From the human T2T-CHM13v2.0 reference genome, Homo sapiens: a DNA stretch of 64,000 nucleotides. Below the pieces are notes generated by a model. That model was not told the origin of the DNA, searched no databases, and saw nothing but the letters and a program-made list of their open reading frames with translations. The translations under genes were made by a program, and so were the position numbers. Below are positions 29,591-43,500 of the stretch, piece after piece. Positions within the stretch are counted from its first letter, which is position 1. The number at the start of each line of letters is the position of its first letter. The stretch lies in the NCBI RefSeq assembly GCF_009914755.1, contig NC_060935.1; one strand, written 5' to 3'.

Positions 29591-29805
29591 CTTATCTCTA
29601 CCCCAATTTTTCCTGCAGATTGTTAACTAAAAGTATCACCACACAGGCTCCAATCAAATGCCAGCATCCTCTTCCTTGCCACCTCTTACACAGCAATTGA
29701 AAATCAATATTCTCATTCCAAGAAGAGAGTAGTGTCCCTAGGATTTGGAACTATATGCAAAACACTCTGAATCCTGTGTGAACGAAGGATTGAAGATCAC
29801 TGGAG

Positions 29806-29942
29806 CAGAAACAGCTACATAATTTGAAGAGCCTAGTGTTGACTGAAAATGTGAGGTCCTTTGTTCAAATATTGTTAAGAATTACAAGACGTCAACAACA
29901 GAGTATTAAACTACGCACAAGGCCCTTGTGGAGCTGGCCCTG
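29806..29942 (-). mobile_element. MER45A-like hAT MITE
   Basis: GCTACATAATTTG...AAAATGTGAGGTCCTTTGTTCAAA...GCTGGCCCTG. Confidence 0.7.
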
Positions 29943-30999
29943 CACAGAGGTCTAAACTCTACGATTGGATGCTGGCTTCCTATTTCTATTCTCTGTGGTA
30001 CTAGCAAAGTTACACAGACAAATGAAATAAACTCATTCCAGCTACAGCTTAATTGAAGCTGACCGTGCAAAAACACTAACTAGCAAGACAATGACCCTCC
30101 CCTACCTTCTTTGGCAGAAGAAGAGTTACATGGTTACCTGACAGGCCCTATTCAGCCGATGGACAGTGTCAGAAGGCAGATTCTTTGCAGACCTTCCTAC
30201 TGTTTAAATGTCTCTATGAAATTCTAGGCAGCTTAGTCCTGGAGCAAGTTGAGGTCTCTTAGTCCTGGAGAAACTTGGGGGAGGGACGGGAGAAAAGAAG
30301 AAGAAGAGGTAGGCAGCTATAAGCTTCATCAAAGGCCAGTCCCCTAAAAAAGTCATGTCCCTGCCAAAAGTCAGTTCCCTAAAAAAGTCATGAGAATAAT
30401 TCTTTGACTTCATCAGCTAGGTGTCAAAACCTCAGAGACTCCTGGATCCTTTCATCTTGTCTACTGCCAAGGTGATCAAGTAGCATCACTTAATGATAAT
30501 TCATACCTTTTTCTCTCAGATAAAGGCAAGAAACTGTGACAAACACCAAGACCCTATGCTCTCAATTTGGACTTAGATCTGAGCATTTTTTATTAAAACT
30601 GTGTTCTAAGATATATTGGAGACTACAATCCTGCAAAAAGAAAAAGGATATCAGATTTTTTATTTCCAAACTAGATGGGATCTTTGAAATCCTTTAGTAT
30701 ATGGTTTCAATCTTTTGGGGGTCCTGAACCATAAACATGTTACTTTGTAGTCCCCAAAAGCTTTATGGAGTCTACAGAATTCCCTGAGTCCCCCAAACAT
30801 CTCACAGAACAAGAATTACAGACTTAGAATCCCCCCTATAGTATAACCTCCCTAAGTTTTCTCATTAGTAAAATAAAGATAATAATGGTACTTATTTTAC
30901 AGGATCATTACGCCAATTGAAAGAGATAACCTAATACAAGTCCTTAAAATGCACCTGGCACATAGTTAAGTACTAAGTAAATATTAGATAGGCTAGTAC

Positions 31000-31170
31000 C
31001 TTGCAACTCTAAGTGTGGTCCTCAGACCAGCAGCCTTGGCACCTGTTGGAGCTTGTTCAAGTTGCAGAATCACAGGCCCAACCCCAGGACTCCTGCATCA
31101 GAGTCTGCGTGCTCACAAGTTCTCCAGGCAATTCATATGCATGCACAAGTTTAAGAATAGCTGTTCTAGT
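31000..31170. mobile_element. MER5-family hAT-Charlie MITE
   Basis: AAGTGTGGTCCTCAGACCAGCAGC...GCAGAATCACAGGCCC...AAGTTTAAGAA. Confidence 0.75.
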
Positions 31171-31279
31171 AGTAATAATAATTGTTTTCCTGGAAGAATA
31201 TAATATTATTCTTAGTATTATTATTACTATAGAAAAATTTTTTAACCTCCTAAATACATATTGCAGACATTTTTTACTC

Positions 31280-31750
31280 TGCTGACATAACTACCATCCT
31301 GTCCTCTTGGAAAAACCCCAATTTTGTCTAAGAATCCACCTTTCGTGTGCTTTAAGAAAGATAGCCCCACCTTTTGTTGCAGGAGTGAGTCACGTTTGTA
31401 CAAAGCCTCACATAACAGCCTCATCTCCTTTGCAGTGACGAGTTGGCAAAAGACTGTGACTCAATTCTGAAAAATTGGAACTGTAAAGAAGCACATTAAA
31501 AAGATTCGATATCAAGTTATCCTCATTTTTACCAAGACACATTTGGGATAAATCAGTTCCTCTTCTGCCACTGAATATTGTTTCATATGGTTTCAGCATC
31601 TGCAGTAGCCATCTAAGCGCCAAGACTGCAGAGAGCATACTGATATTTTTGAGGCGAGATTCAGAGAGCAAGTGGAAGCTTTATGACACAGGTGAGCTGC
31701 TGAATGAACCATGTAATGAAACAGTCTTTCCTCATCTTAGACGTTGGAGT
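31280..31750 (+). mobile_element. Old MLT1-like LTR relic
   Basis: Degenerate MLT1J/K-like motifs (GTGACTCAATTCTG; TGCAGTAGCCATCT). Confidence 0.45.
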
Positions 31751-31757
31751 TACACTG

Positions 31758-32138
31758 TGTGGTGAGTGATGTGTCCACTGCTTGACATCCCTACAGGACT
31801 CATTCCTCAACCACTCTGAGTAGTGATAGCTGGCAGCAATGAGGGGTGTCCCTCATCTGAAGAGAGCCTCCTTGCCAAGATTGTGCAACCTCAGTGCAAC
31901 AACCAGCAGATGCAGACATATCAAGGCCTGGCCCTGCTGCCCACTTTCAGCACCACTCCAAAGAGCTCTCCCAGAGCTAAAGCTTCTGTGGAATTGGCTG
32001 AGGCCTTTTTGAGAAGGGACCACAATTCCACTCTGTCAAATCCTGCTTCCCTCGTGTTCTCCAAGGACTTCTCTAATAAACTTCCTGCATATAAGCCTCC
32101 AAATCCGAGTTTGCTCTGGAAATACTGGTCTATGTCTG
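31758..32138 (+). mobile_element. LTR16-like solo ERVL LTR
   Basis: GAATTGGCTGAGGCCTT, AATCCTGCTTCC and CTAATAAACTTCCTGCA polyA-signal region. Confidence 0.65.
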
Positions 32139-33042
32139 TATGCAACTCCTGAACTACACAGGGAAAAAGATACCTGAGTCCGGGGCCAGCAGGTGAATTC
32201 CTAAGCAAATGTGTGGAGGATCACATTGGAGGAGAGGGCAAGTAAATCCAAGCCCATTAGAGGATTCAGGTCCAGCAGATAATAAAGGACTAGACGCAAG
32301 GACTGCCTTTGAAGGATAAGATTTCAGTCCTGAGAGAAAGGGGCAAGCAATAGCCTTAGGCATAAATGATCTAGATTCCTAAGTAAGCCCAGTGATTCAA
32401 GTATAGGAGAATAAAGAATGCAGGAAGCTAATTGTTAGAAATAAAAAAAGCAAGGCAGAATAGAGTAAGCAAAGGGTCAAAGAAGCTGAGCCCTCAATCT
32501 CTGTCTGGATCTAGAGATGCTTAAATTCATTCTCCTAAAGGGATTCCATGGGTTTTGGGCAGGACCTACAAGGGAGAGCGTAATGACAAGAACTATGGAT
32601 ATTTAGGGAAAAGGAGCTGAGCTCATCACAAAACTTGAGGGTTGAAGAATAAATGACAGCAACTGGGTTTAAACCTCAACAGGACCTGACATTTGTGAAG
32701 GCAGTTTGTCTCTAAGATGTAAATTTGTGTGGTTACTCTATGTGCATAACCCCCCACTCAAATGAGATCTCACCAAATGGTTTTTCATAACACTGCTCTT
32801 TCCTCTGTTTAGATCTAAAGTTATTGTTTTGCTGTTGGTGTGAAGTATTCCTTTCCTGTAATTCCTTTTCTATGGTTCTTTGATGTCCTGACACAACTTA
32901 ACAAATACTTAATACTTTATTAACTTAATAATACAAAATAAATATAAATATCAATGTGGTTAACAGAATCTTAGGAAATGGGAGTGATGGCATACTGCTC
33001 AATTCACCTCCTAAATGGACATTCTAAACAAATCATGATTTA

Positions 33043-33540
<498 letters not shown>

Positions 33541-35214
33541 GAGAAAACCTCCCCAACGGGTAGCATCAAAAAAATGAGAACAAAGAAAAGGAGACGACTA
33601 AAATTTACCAGGGAAAAGATAAGGAAAATGTATTCTATGATAAAAGGTACTATAGTATTCCATCAGTGACTCTTTTTAACAAATAAATGTAGATATCTGA
33701 AGAACATAAGGCAGAAATATTAAACTTTGAATCCAGGCCACTGCTGAGTTTAAATAGCTTGCAATTCCAGTTGAGGTCATCAATTATATATGATCACCCT
33801 TTGAGATAGACAACTAAAGGCAGAGACATTATTTCCAGAAAGCTGTTGTCTTTCTAGGTTACTCAAAGAGAGTGCAAGCCTTCAATAACCATGAATTTCT
33901 CTCTTGGCCCTCTCCAAATGGCTCATTAGTGCAAATTTTATCATATTAATTTATTGTCTTTTTATAAGGCCCAGATTCTGCTGTGAGTTTTGAATAAGGA
34001 ATGAGAACTTTTAGAAGTAAAGCAGAACAGCTACTTTGAATTTCTAAGATCTAGACATGTTGTAAATATCACATTCTTTTTCAGACAATATATTTGGACT
34101 TAGGGTTTGATTGTTATCTTTCCTTAGAAGGGGTAGGAGGGAGGCATGTAGGAGGATCCTTATTCCTCATTCCTCTAGTTTCCGTGATAATAATTTTTTT
34201 TTAATAAATGCTCTTGACTTCTTTTCCATTCCCTTCCTTACAGTGAAATATTCATGGTGAGATTTCTAGAGGAGAGATTCAATATTAGGCAGGTCAGTGT
34301 CACCGCCCACCTGAACCTCACTCTTCAGTATCAGCTTTGTCAATGATAAAGTTTATAGGTCATCTCTATTTGCCTATTATTTTGTCTTATATTTCAGTTA
34401 CCTCAAAATACAGATGGGAAATAAAATTACTATTTCTTCATATTTATTCAGCCCCCTCAAACTCTACCATTAAATGTAGGATATTGGCCTAGGTAAGTGG
34501 AAAGGTAAGGGAAAATGCTAACCAGCTTGGAACTGTAGCCAAAGAGTGGCACCTAAACAGAGTCCATGTGGGATATTTTAAAAAATAATCTCTAGATTGG
34601 GAGCCAGAAAACCTGGGTTCTAATCTCAGGGTTGTCCTTGTCAGTTTTGCCTCTGAATAAAATGACTGAGAACAAATTAAGTAAAATTTATTCAAGTTTC
34701 TGAACTAGATGATGCCATGTGTTTGTACAACATTAATATTCCACGGCCCCAAGACTAGCAGTCTGATTTTGATAATTACTGTATTCTCCTTTCCTCTTGT
34801 GAGTAATACTTCTCAAAATCTATGTAGACAAGTTGTGCTACCCTTGCCCATAGCTGAGAAACCTCTAGCCATGGGTGGTGAGTTCCACTCTTTCCCTTAC
34901 CCTTTCCTCATTTCCTCCCAATGCTGATGAAACCTCGCAGTCTAAGATGTGAGTGGGAATGCAACCCTCCATGCTGGGGTTGGTCCAGATCATTCCTACG
35001 ATTGAAAAGCTGTCATATTATGGCAGTCTTAATAAGTAAAATTTCTAAATTTGTTCCAAAAGATTCCCAATGTTTCCTCAGAGGGCATGTCAAAGCTGTG
35101 AAACTGAAGAGGAAGATGCATTTGAAAATGCCCAAGCACACCTCAAATACAGCACAGACTATAAAGAAGTCCTTTCCCAGCCACTAGTTGTCCCCTAGTG
35201 TATATGGCCACTCA

Positions 35215-35410
35215 AGAAATGAGGAAAATGAGAGAGAGGGATGAGAAAAAGTGGAAGGAAGGAGAGAGGGAGAAAGAGAGGGAGGGAGAGAGGGAGAGAA
35301 GGAAAAGAAGAAAAGGAAATGAAAGAAGGAAGGATAGAAGGAAGAAAAAAATAAAGGAAGAGGAAGAGACAGGAAAAAGGAGGAAGAGAGTGAGGGAGGG
35401 AAGAAGGAAG
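35215..35410. repeat. GA-rich low-complexity purine tract
   Basis: ~195 bp almost entirely G/A. Confidence 0.9.
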
Positions 35411-36595
35411 ACAATGATTTATACTATTATGAGCCAAACATTAAGCTAGACATATTCATGTACCTTCCTTCATTTAATTAGGATAAAGCCCAGAAAGTAG
35501 CATCAGTATTGCCAGCACCATGTTGTACATACGGTAACTAATACTTCAGAAGCTTTTTAAACACACCCCACCAGCTGCATGATTTCTGATTTTCTATTTG
35601 AAAAGATGCCTCCTAGAGAGCTTGGGATTGATCATCCTTCTAAGAGAAGAATCAGGTACTCTTAGCAGTTAAATTTGGATTTAGTGTTTCCTTGACTTCT
35701 CTTTCAAGTGCTCCAACAGTCTGCTCAGTTAGTTGTAGCAAAACTGACCCAGACCAGTAACAAAAACTCATTGTTCCACAGTCCCAGGGCTAATTCCTAA
35801 TGGCTTCATGACTTTTCTGTAATTCAGATCTGATAGCAGTAGAGAGAGGAATGGAGAAGTGTGAGGAAGGGGAGGGAGAGGTGGCCCTACAGATGGCCTT
35901 GGAGCAGTGTGAATGATGTCTAATGTTCAGCAGTTACAGGCTATCAGACACTAATATACCCTCTGGGCTGAACCGAATAGGCCCATTACTCTCGACTGCA
36001 ATTCGCCATCTGTGAAGTGAGCTGGTGGCTTCAGACAAGACTACAAATTGCACTTGATACCAAAAGAGTCAGGGAGGGGATTGCGATGTAAAAGTAAGGG
36101 AAGAGCAGACAGAGAACGAAATTGACCAAAAGCCATACAAGGATAAGAAGTAATAAACCTTAGCCTTCAGAACACCCCTAAGATAACCCAAGCCATTCAC
36201 AAGATTGAATTTATGGATCCTAACAGACTGTGTATAAGTTCCGGGATCAAAGGTTTGCTGTCATTAGGAGAGATGTGCACAGCTGGAGCCCATAATGCCC
36301 TCCCACTAACAGGCAGCCCCGTTTAGTCTGTTGTCACAATTCATTAGCTTCTTCTGACATTTGTGTGACATCATTTCAGAAAAGGGATCTAACCACAGCT
36401 CAAAGAAAAGACAGAGCCATTAGAAAAAATGATGGCTGCAGATACAGTGCAGTTCATTAGTTTTGCATAAAGATGATGAGGATGATAATGAAAGCTCATG
36501 ATGTTGACTAATGACATGTTTTCCTTCCCGCCATAAGCAATGCCATTCTTGAAGTGTAACTTTGCATTTTGATCCTGACTCTACCACCTAGGAGC

Positions 36596-36990
36596 TGTTA
36601 TGTACTGAAATCTGTTACCTTAAAATTCGTATGTTGAAGCCCTAACCTCCATTGTGACTACTTGGAGAAGGGGACTTTGAAGAGATAATTAAGGGCAAAT
36701 GAGGTCATAAGGATGGGGATCTAATTCGATGGATGAGTGTCCTTATAAGGAACATAAGAGGCACCAGAGAGATATATTTCTCTGCATGCACAGAGTGGAA
36801 AAGCCAGGTAAGCATGCAGCAAGAAGGCAGCGATCTACAAGTGAGAAGGAGGGGCCTCACCAGAAACCAACCCTGCTGGCATTTTGATCTTGGACTTCCA
36901 GCCTTCAGAACTGTGAGAAAACAAATATCTGTTGTTTAAGTCAACAAGTCTATGGTATCTTGACATGGCAGTCTGAGCAGACTAATAAGA
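36596..36990 (+). mobile_element. MLT1A-type solo LTR inserted in a MIR
   Basis: TGTTATG..ATTCGTATGTTGAAGCCCTAACC start; GCAGACTAA end; near-TSD GGAGC/GGAAC. Confidence 0.85.
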
Positions 36991-37583
36991 GGAACCAAAG
37001 CTTAGGCAAGGTATAATGATACCTTGAGCAGTTTGGGAGTATACACAACATTTATTAAATATTGAGGGCTTAGCATGGTGGTTGGCACATTGTCAGGAAC
37101 TGGTAGTTCTCACCATCTTCCCAGTGACCTTTCAAGCAAGTGAACCATGTTGAATATGCATATGTCTTGATCTTCTGCCTAAACTGAAGTCACTGGGCAT
37201 CAGGAACCTATTGAAGCTGGGGCACCCTGGGGCACAGATAACCTTTCATTCTACTTTAAGAAGTAGACAAAAGTAACTCTTATTCATTGAGTGCCTCTAT
37301 GTACTAGATATTATAACAAGAACCCCTATGTTCCTTGTCCCATTCTTATAGCAACCCTATGAAGGAGATAACTGTAACTCAGAAAAGTTAAGAAGCTTGC
37401 CTAAGCACACACAATGAAACAGTGGAGACAGATACTAAGATCTCACAGGCTATAAAGTTATCTAGCATGATCTACATGGCCCCGACAAGGTAGGCCTAAC
37501 TGCAGAAAACACTCAGCCTCGCACAATGAACCTGTGCACCTGAAGCACACACAGGACTATCAAGCAAAAGAGAGCAGTCTAGT

Positions 37584-38025
37584 TGCATGGCATCAACCCA
37601 AATGCCCATCAGTGATAGACTGGATAAAGAAAATGTGGCACATATACACCATGGAACACTATGCAGCCATAAAAAGGAATGCAATCATGTCCTTTGCAGG
37701 GACATAGATGCAGCTAGAAGCCATTATCCTCAAACTAACTCAGGAACAGAAAACCAAAGACCACATGTTCTCATTTATAAGTGGGAGCTGAGCAATGAGA
37801 ACACATGGACACAGGAAAAGGAAGAATACACACTGGGGCCTGTCATGGGGTGGGGTCGGGGGAGGGAGAGCATTAGGAAAAGTAGCTCACACATGCTGGG
37901 CTTAATAGCTAGCTGATGGGTTAACAGGTGCAGCAAACCAGCATGGCACATGTTTACCTATGTAACAAACCTGCACATCTTCCACATGTACCTGGGAACT
38001 TAAAATAAAAATAAAGGAAAAAAAA
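37584..38025 (+). mobile_element. Short 5'-truncated L1PA 3' end
   Basis: L1 ORF2 tail/3'UTR and A-tail; degenerate TSD AGAGAGCAGTCTAGTT / AGACAGCAGGCTAATT. Confidence 0.88.
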
Positions 38026-38439
38026 AGAGAGACAGCAGGCTAATTAAACAAATCACACTGAGTCAAGTAGTGTGGAGAACTTAAGACCATCTCTTCTATG
38101 AATACCTAATGGAATGGAAAAAAGTATTATGATAAATTAATGAAAAACCAGCATATATGACTTCATAAAAGTATAATTCCACTTGTGTGTGTGTACATGT
38201 GTGTATATGTATATATTAAATTTGTTTAACATTCATTTGACTTTGTTTTTAGGGAAAGAATACTAAAGGATATGTATGTCCCATAATTATGTGTTTAGAT
38301 ATATATGTATTCATTTTTACAAGACTGAAATATATCAAAATATACATTTTGTAGGGCAATCTTATTTCTCTTCATATGTCCAGTGTTTTCTATAGGTTTA
38401 AAATAATTACATATTTTTCATGTTTTTTTTTGTTAGTTA

Positions 38440-39670
38440 CATACTACTTTTTTAATTCACTTAAATTCACATATTAATCAGATTTCTTTAGGTTTTCCAT
38501 AAATGTCCTTTTTCTGTTCCAGGATCCTACCCAGGATATCACATTACATTTAGTAGTCATGTCTTAGGGTCCTCTTGACTGTGCCCGTTTCTCGGACTTT
38601 CCTTGCTTCTGAGAGCTTAACAGTCCTGAGAAATACTGTTCAAGTATTTTGTGTAATGTTCCTCCATAGGAATTTGTCTGATGTTCTCTCATAATTAGAC
38701 TGGGAGGAAGACCGCTGAGGAAAAGTGCCATTTTTATCACACCATATCAACGAATATACTGTCGACATGACTTATATCTGCTGATTTTGAGGTAGTGTTT
38801 GTCAGATTTCTCTGCTATAAAGTACTATGTTTTCCCTTTCCATGCTGTACTCTTTGAAAGGAAGTCACTATAAACAGTCTGTGCTGATGGAGTAGGAAGA
38901 ATTTTGTTCTACTTTCTGGAGGGCAGAGTTTGAATTGCTTGGATTTCTGCATTCAGCACTCTTTTCTGCATTTATCCAGTTAATTAGTTAGTTAGTTATA
39001 TCAGTGCGCACTTATAAATATTTATTTAATACTTTCAAATATAATCCAACATTACCATATTTTGTTGCGGCAATTTTTTCAGCTTTGTGCCTCAGGAGCT
39101 GTTCAGTTGTTTCCTGTGTCTCTTTGACATATAACATTATTGTGGGCATTTGGCATTTTGTTTTTTAGAGCAATTCTTTACTTTCTTACACTAAAATTTG
39201 CTCCAGATTCATCTTGTATATACTCTGCCCTAGTCCTAGAATCGGCCATTATAACCACTCTGGCAGTCTCTTTTAATTGTAATATTTAAACCGTTCATAC
39301 TTAAGTGATTACTAATATTGTTGGTTTAACATCTACCATATTTGTAACTGTTTTCTATTTATTGCATTTGTTCTTTCTTTCCTCGTGTCTTCTGCTTTCT
39401 CTGGTTTTAATAACATACTTTCCATTATTCCATTTTAACTCCTCTCTTGGCCTATTTCTTGAATTTTTTAGTGATGGCCGTAGAGTTTTCAACATGCATT
39501 TTTAAGCAGTCTAAATTGAACTTAAAATAACACTATATCTCTTCATGTGTAGTTCAGGTGTCTATAATAGAGTGTTCCCAATTCCTCTCTCCCATTTCTT
39601 ATGACATTGCTGTCATTTATTTCACTTATCCATATGCTATAATCACCCAATTTATTGTTATTATCATTAC
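38440..39670 (-). mobile_element. Old L1MC-like fragments
   Basis: TTCTGTTCCAGGATCC..CCAGGAT..CACATTACATTTAG motif typical of antisense L1MC 3'UTR. Confidence 0.65.
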
Positions 39671-41562
39671 TTAAAAATGGAATAAACTGCAGACTTTTAT
39701 TCCTATAAAACTAATATATTGGTCAGATGCCTTTTACAAGTATGGATTCATACAAAAAAATTCCTGGAGCTGTGACAAATCCATTTTATCAGAAATAAAA
39801 ATGCTATTTACTTTTCCAAGAAATCATCTCAAGATGCCAATGTAGCATCCTTTATAGACTGATTTTTGGCTCTTCTTTGGGTAGAATTTCCTTTTATGAA
39901 TCCAAAGACAACTATTTGCCAAGCACCCAGCTATCACACCCACGGAGTCAAGAGCATTAGAGGTAAAAACAAAAAAAGACAGTGCGGACTGAAAATAAGT
40001 CACGGGATGTCCACTGAGTCTCACAGCAGGCACGGCACAAAGACAAATGATGATAGACCTAGAGGATTTTGTAAGCCACCCTTTCTGGCGCATTCCTCAA
40101 CATCAGAGACACCCCCCTGCCATCTCTCCAAATGCTTCCTTAATGCCGCCAAAGAAACAGGAGCCTGTCTAGGAGCCTCCATCCAGTTCCTCATGCACCC
40201 ACCATTTGCTGGGCCTTCCAAATAAACAAGAAGTTAAGAAGTTCCAAGTTCATTAGGAAGTCACCATTGCATTGATAATCACATGAAGAGTTCAGTGGTG
40301 CAGAAGCAATTCCACATATAGTACAAGTGATCTCTTCTATTAGAAATGAGTCCCCAGGTTCTTTTTAGTTATGATCCAGTACCAGAAAAGAAAATGATGT
40401 GAAGAAACAGCTTCCCTCTTACCGTTCATGTATACTCCTTGTTACATAAACAGTATTTATGTTACGTTGTGGCTATGCTGTGGGGGTGAGAGAGAGAGGG
40501 GAAGAGTTGAAATAGTATTACGGGGAAGGCCACATCCTTGTGTGCAGGTACTAAGTCAATTGGAATGTTGATCATCTGAAAATGAGGGGTGCCTTTTAGA
40601 CAAAAACATCCAGGCATTAAAACGAGGCTGTTTTCCTAATTTTTCACCTCCTGGACTGGCTGCACATCATCTGGAGAGTTTTATAAAAGCCCTCAATCTA
40701 GAGGTTCAGGATTTAGTGAACAAATCTTTTACATTATCCTCATGTACATTATTCATGAAACTGTAAGTTCCACACATTTCAGTCCTGTTCCTGTGAACTT
40801 GATTCTCTTGCACATGAAAAATCTCAACCACTAAGTGTCTATTTGGTTCATTCGGCTACATACTAGTTTCCCAGGGTTTGAAAACAGAAGACCTGCTCCT
40901 TATTTCCCTTTGATTGTGTAATTAATCTGCAATAAATGAAGCCTCCAAGTGTTTTATGGCGCTTCAATTTCCCATTCCCCTCCGACATTTGGAGGGAAAA
41001 TGGAACACACAGCAAGACCTTTGAACAAGAAGTAATAGCCATTAAATTGAAACACAATGCAAGGTTTTCCTAACCATGAGTCCATAATATGTGTGTTCAT
41101 GGAAAGTGATGTGCTTGTTGCCTGCAGCAAAACCAGATGCTCTGTTTTCAGTTGATCAGTGTTGCTAGGAGGTAGTAATACAGTGTCTGAATTCAAGAAA
41201 GAGAATTAAAGGAGCAGTGTCATAATACTATTTCCAGATGTCCCACAATAAGGATGATGAGTTAAAATGCAGTGTGCTTTAGATTCCATTCAGTGGAATC
41301 TAGCATACACTTATCAAAAAAAAAATCATATTTGTAAAGTGAAACTTGGGGTCGGATCCCAACTTTGCTACTTCCCAGCTATGTGTCCTTAGGCAAGAAC
41401 AGTAACAATCACAAAGCAAAACTGTGACCCTTAAAACACTTAAAAGTATAGGGATACTGCCCAGTACCTTTTCAATAGAGGTTCATTTTATTGAAGAAAA
41501 ATGTAAAATGGACATCATACTGTTATATTTAAATATCATATTTATGTTCTGTATATAGAGGT

Positions 41563-41951
41563 TGTATTAGTTTCTCAAGATGGCCATAGCAAAATACCAC
41601 AGACTTGGTAGCTAAGCTTCAGAAATTTATTTCTCAAGTTTCAGAGTCTGGAAGTCCAAGATCAAGGGGTCAGCAGGGTTTGGTTTCTCCTGAGGCCTCT
41701 TTCCCTGCTTGCAGATGGCTGTCTTCTTGCTGTGTCCTCAAATGGCCTTTTCTCTATGCACAAACATCCCTGGTGTCTCTCTCTCTTCTTTTATAAGGAC
41801 ACCAATCATACTGAAATTGGATTATGGTCCTGCCCATATGACCTCCTTTAACCTTAATTATATCCTTAAAGGCCTTAAGTCCAAATATGGTCACACTGAT
41901 GGTTAAAGCTTCAACATATGAAAGTTGGGAGGACATATACAGTCCATAAAA
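41563..41951 (-). mobile_element. MLT1A/B-type solo LTR
   Basis: TGTATTAGTTTC..AAAATACCACAGACTTGG start; near-TSD GAGGT/GTGGT. Confidence 0.85.
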
Positions 41952-43309
41952 GTGGTATTATAAATAGCATTTCATATACTATTACAAATACCACTTCAAA
42001 ATGTAAAAGCTAAAACACTTTTTATTTCTTTCTGAGAAAGTCACTGGAAAATGTCAAATCTAGTATTGTCTTTGAATAACAGTAAATCATTTTTCTCTCC
42101 CACCCAATCTCTGTGTCTACAAAGTAAACATCATTTCAAGGTCCTAAGATATATAGATATTAGCTTCTCTGATTGGCTGTGACTGGGACCTGTTCTAGAA
42201 ATAGGTAAGTTGACTAGATATCTTTTCCTTGGAGCTGGGGTCCTAATTATTCCCTTTTTAAATGTCTTTCCACTAAAGTAAGAATTGAAGGGAAGAAAGA
42301 TAATCCATGATAAATTCAGATATTGGAAAAATGTTCACAGGATTTTTAAAAATAACTTTTAAAGTGACTCTTGTGACCTAGCGATTCTTCTATGTCTCAT
42401 TCACTGCTACAATTAACTGTCTCATACTCCACAAATGGAGAGAATAACTGTGCTACCTACAACAGGTGTATAATTAACAAGAAGTTGTTTCTGATATAGA
42501 TATAAATATCCACATAACCCCATTCTCTTCCCTGTCTAGTCAATTGCATTTATATTTGCTGAAGTAAGCATCCTCCAATATCATTTTTTCATTCCATCCC
42601 TTCTTACAAAAAAAAAAATTAAGAATCTGTTATGGTTCCCTCTTATTTTTACTACTTATTTTTTTCACAAATTCCTCAGAATGGCCTCTGAAATGTTTCC
42701 CCAAATGTTTCCACCCAGATCATCAGCATCATTTTTTATTCCCCTCCATCTGCCCCCCACAAAACCTCCCACTACCAGGAGAGGGTAGATTTTCAGGCAT
42801 TTTCTGCAAAGCACAAAGTTGTGGGTGCAAACACGCTTTAGGACAGAGTCCTGCTTGCTCAGAGACTTTGTCTTTTCGCCTTTGATTTCCTCAGTGCACC
42901 CAGGACAGGGCCTACTAAATAAAAGATAAATAAAAGATAAGTAATAAAGAGATGTATGCCTCCTTGTTTCTTTCCACCTATTTAAAATCTGATTTTAAGT
43001 TTTCCCCTTCTAGATCTTTGAAAACAAACACCCTTGACTCTGATTACCCTTTGATTATGTGTTCCCATACTTTAGTTAGACCCCAGTAAGAAGCATATAC
43101 TGATCAGTTGCTTTGAGGAAGTATTTCATTAAAATGCCATTTAATAGGAGTGCTCCATGTCACCAGAAGGTAGAATAAGCCTTTGTGCATAGTTCATTCA
43201 AATGTGTTTTTGATCAACAAAGCTAAATCAGTATTTCACTCATTTTACATCCCATATCACCTCTTATTTGTGAATATACAAATGAAGCTAGTAGATGCAG
43301 CAATTTCTA

Positions 43310-43500
43310 ATTAAACAATGTTTTTCAGTGCTTACTTTGTGGCAGGAATTGGGTTGAAGACTATACATACATGATTTTCCATAATCCCCATAAAAATGTC
43401 TGAAGGAAATTGAGGTTAAACCAGCTCACCCACTAACCTAAGGTCACAGAGTAAGTCATGAAGTCAGGATTCAAATGTGTACCAGAGTCGCACATTAATT
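43310..43500 (-). mobile_element. MIR SINE relic
   Basis: GTGCTTACTTTGTGGCAGG..GGAAATTGAGG..AAGGTCACAGAG..GGATTCAAA. Confidence 0.65.

Noticed and set aside
35184-35449. Charged or Ser/Phe-rich ORFs
   Set aside because: Translation of a GA-rich low-complexity tract
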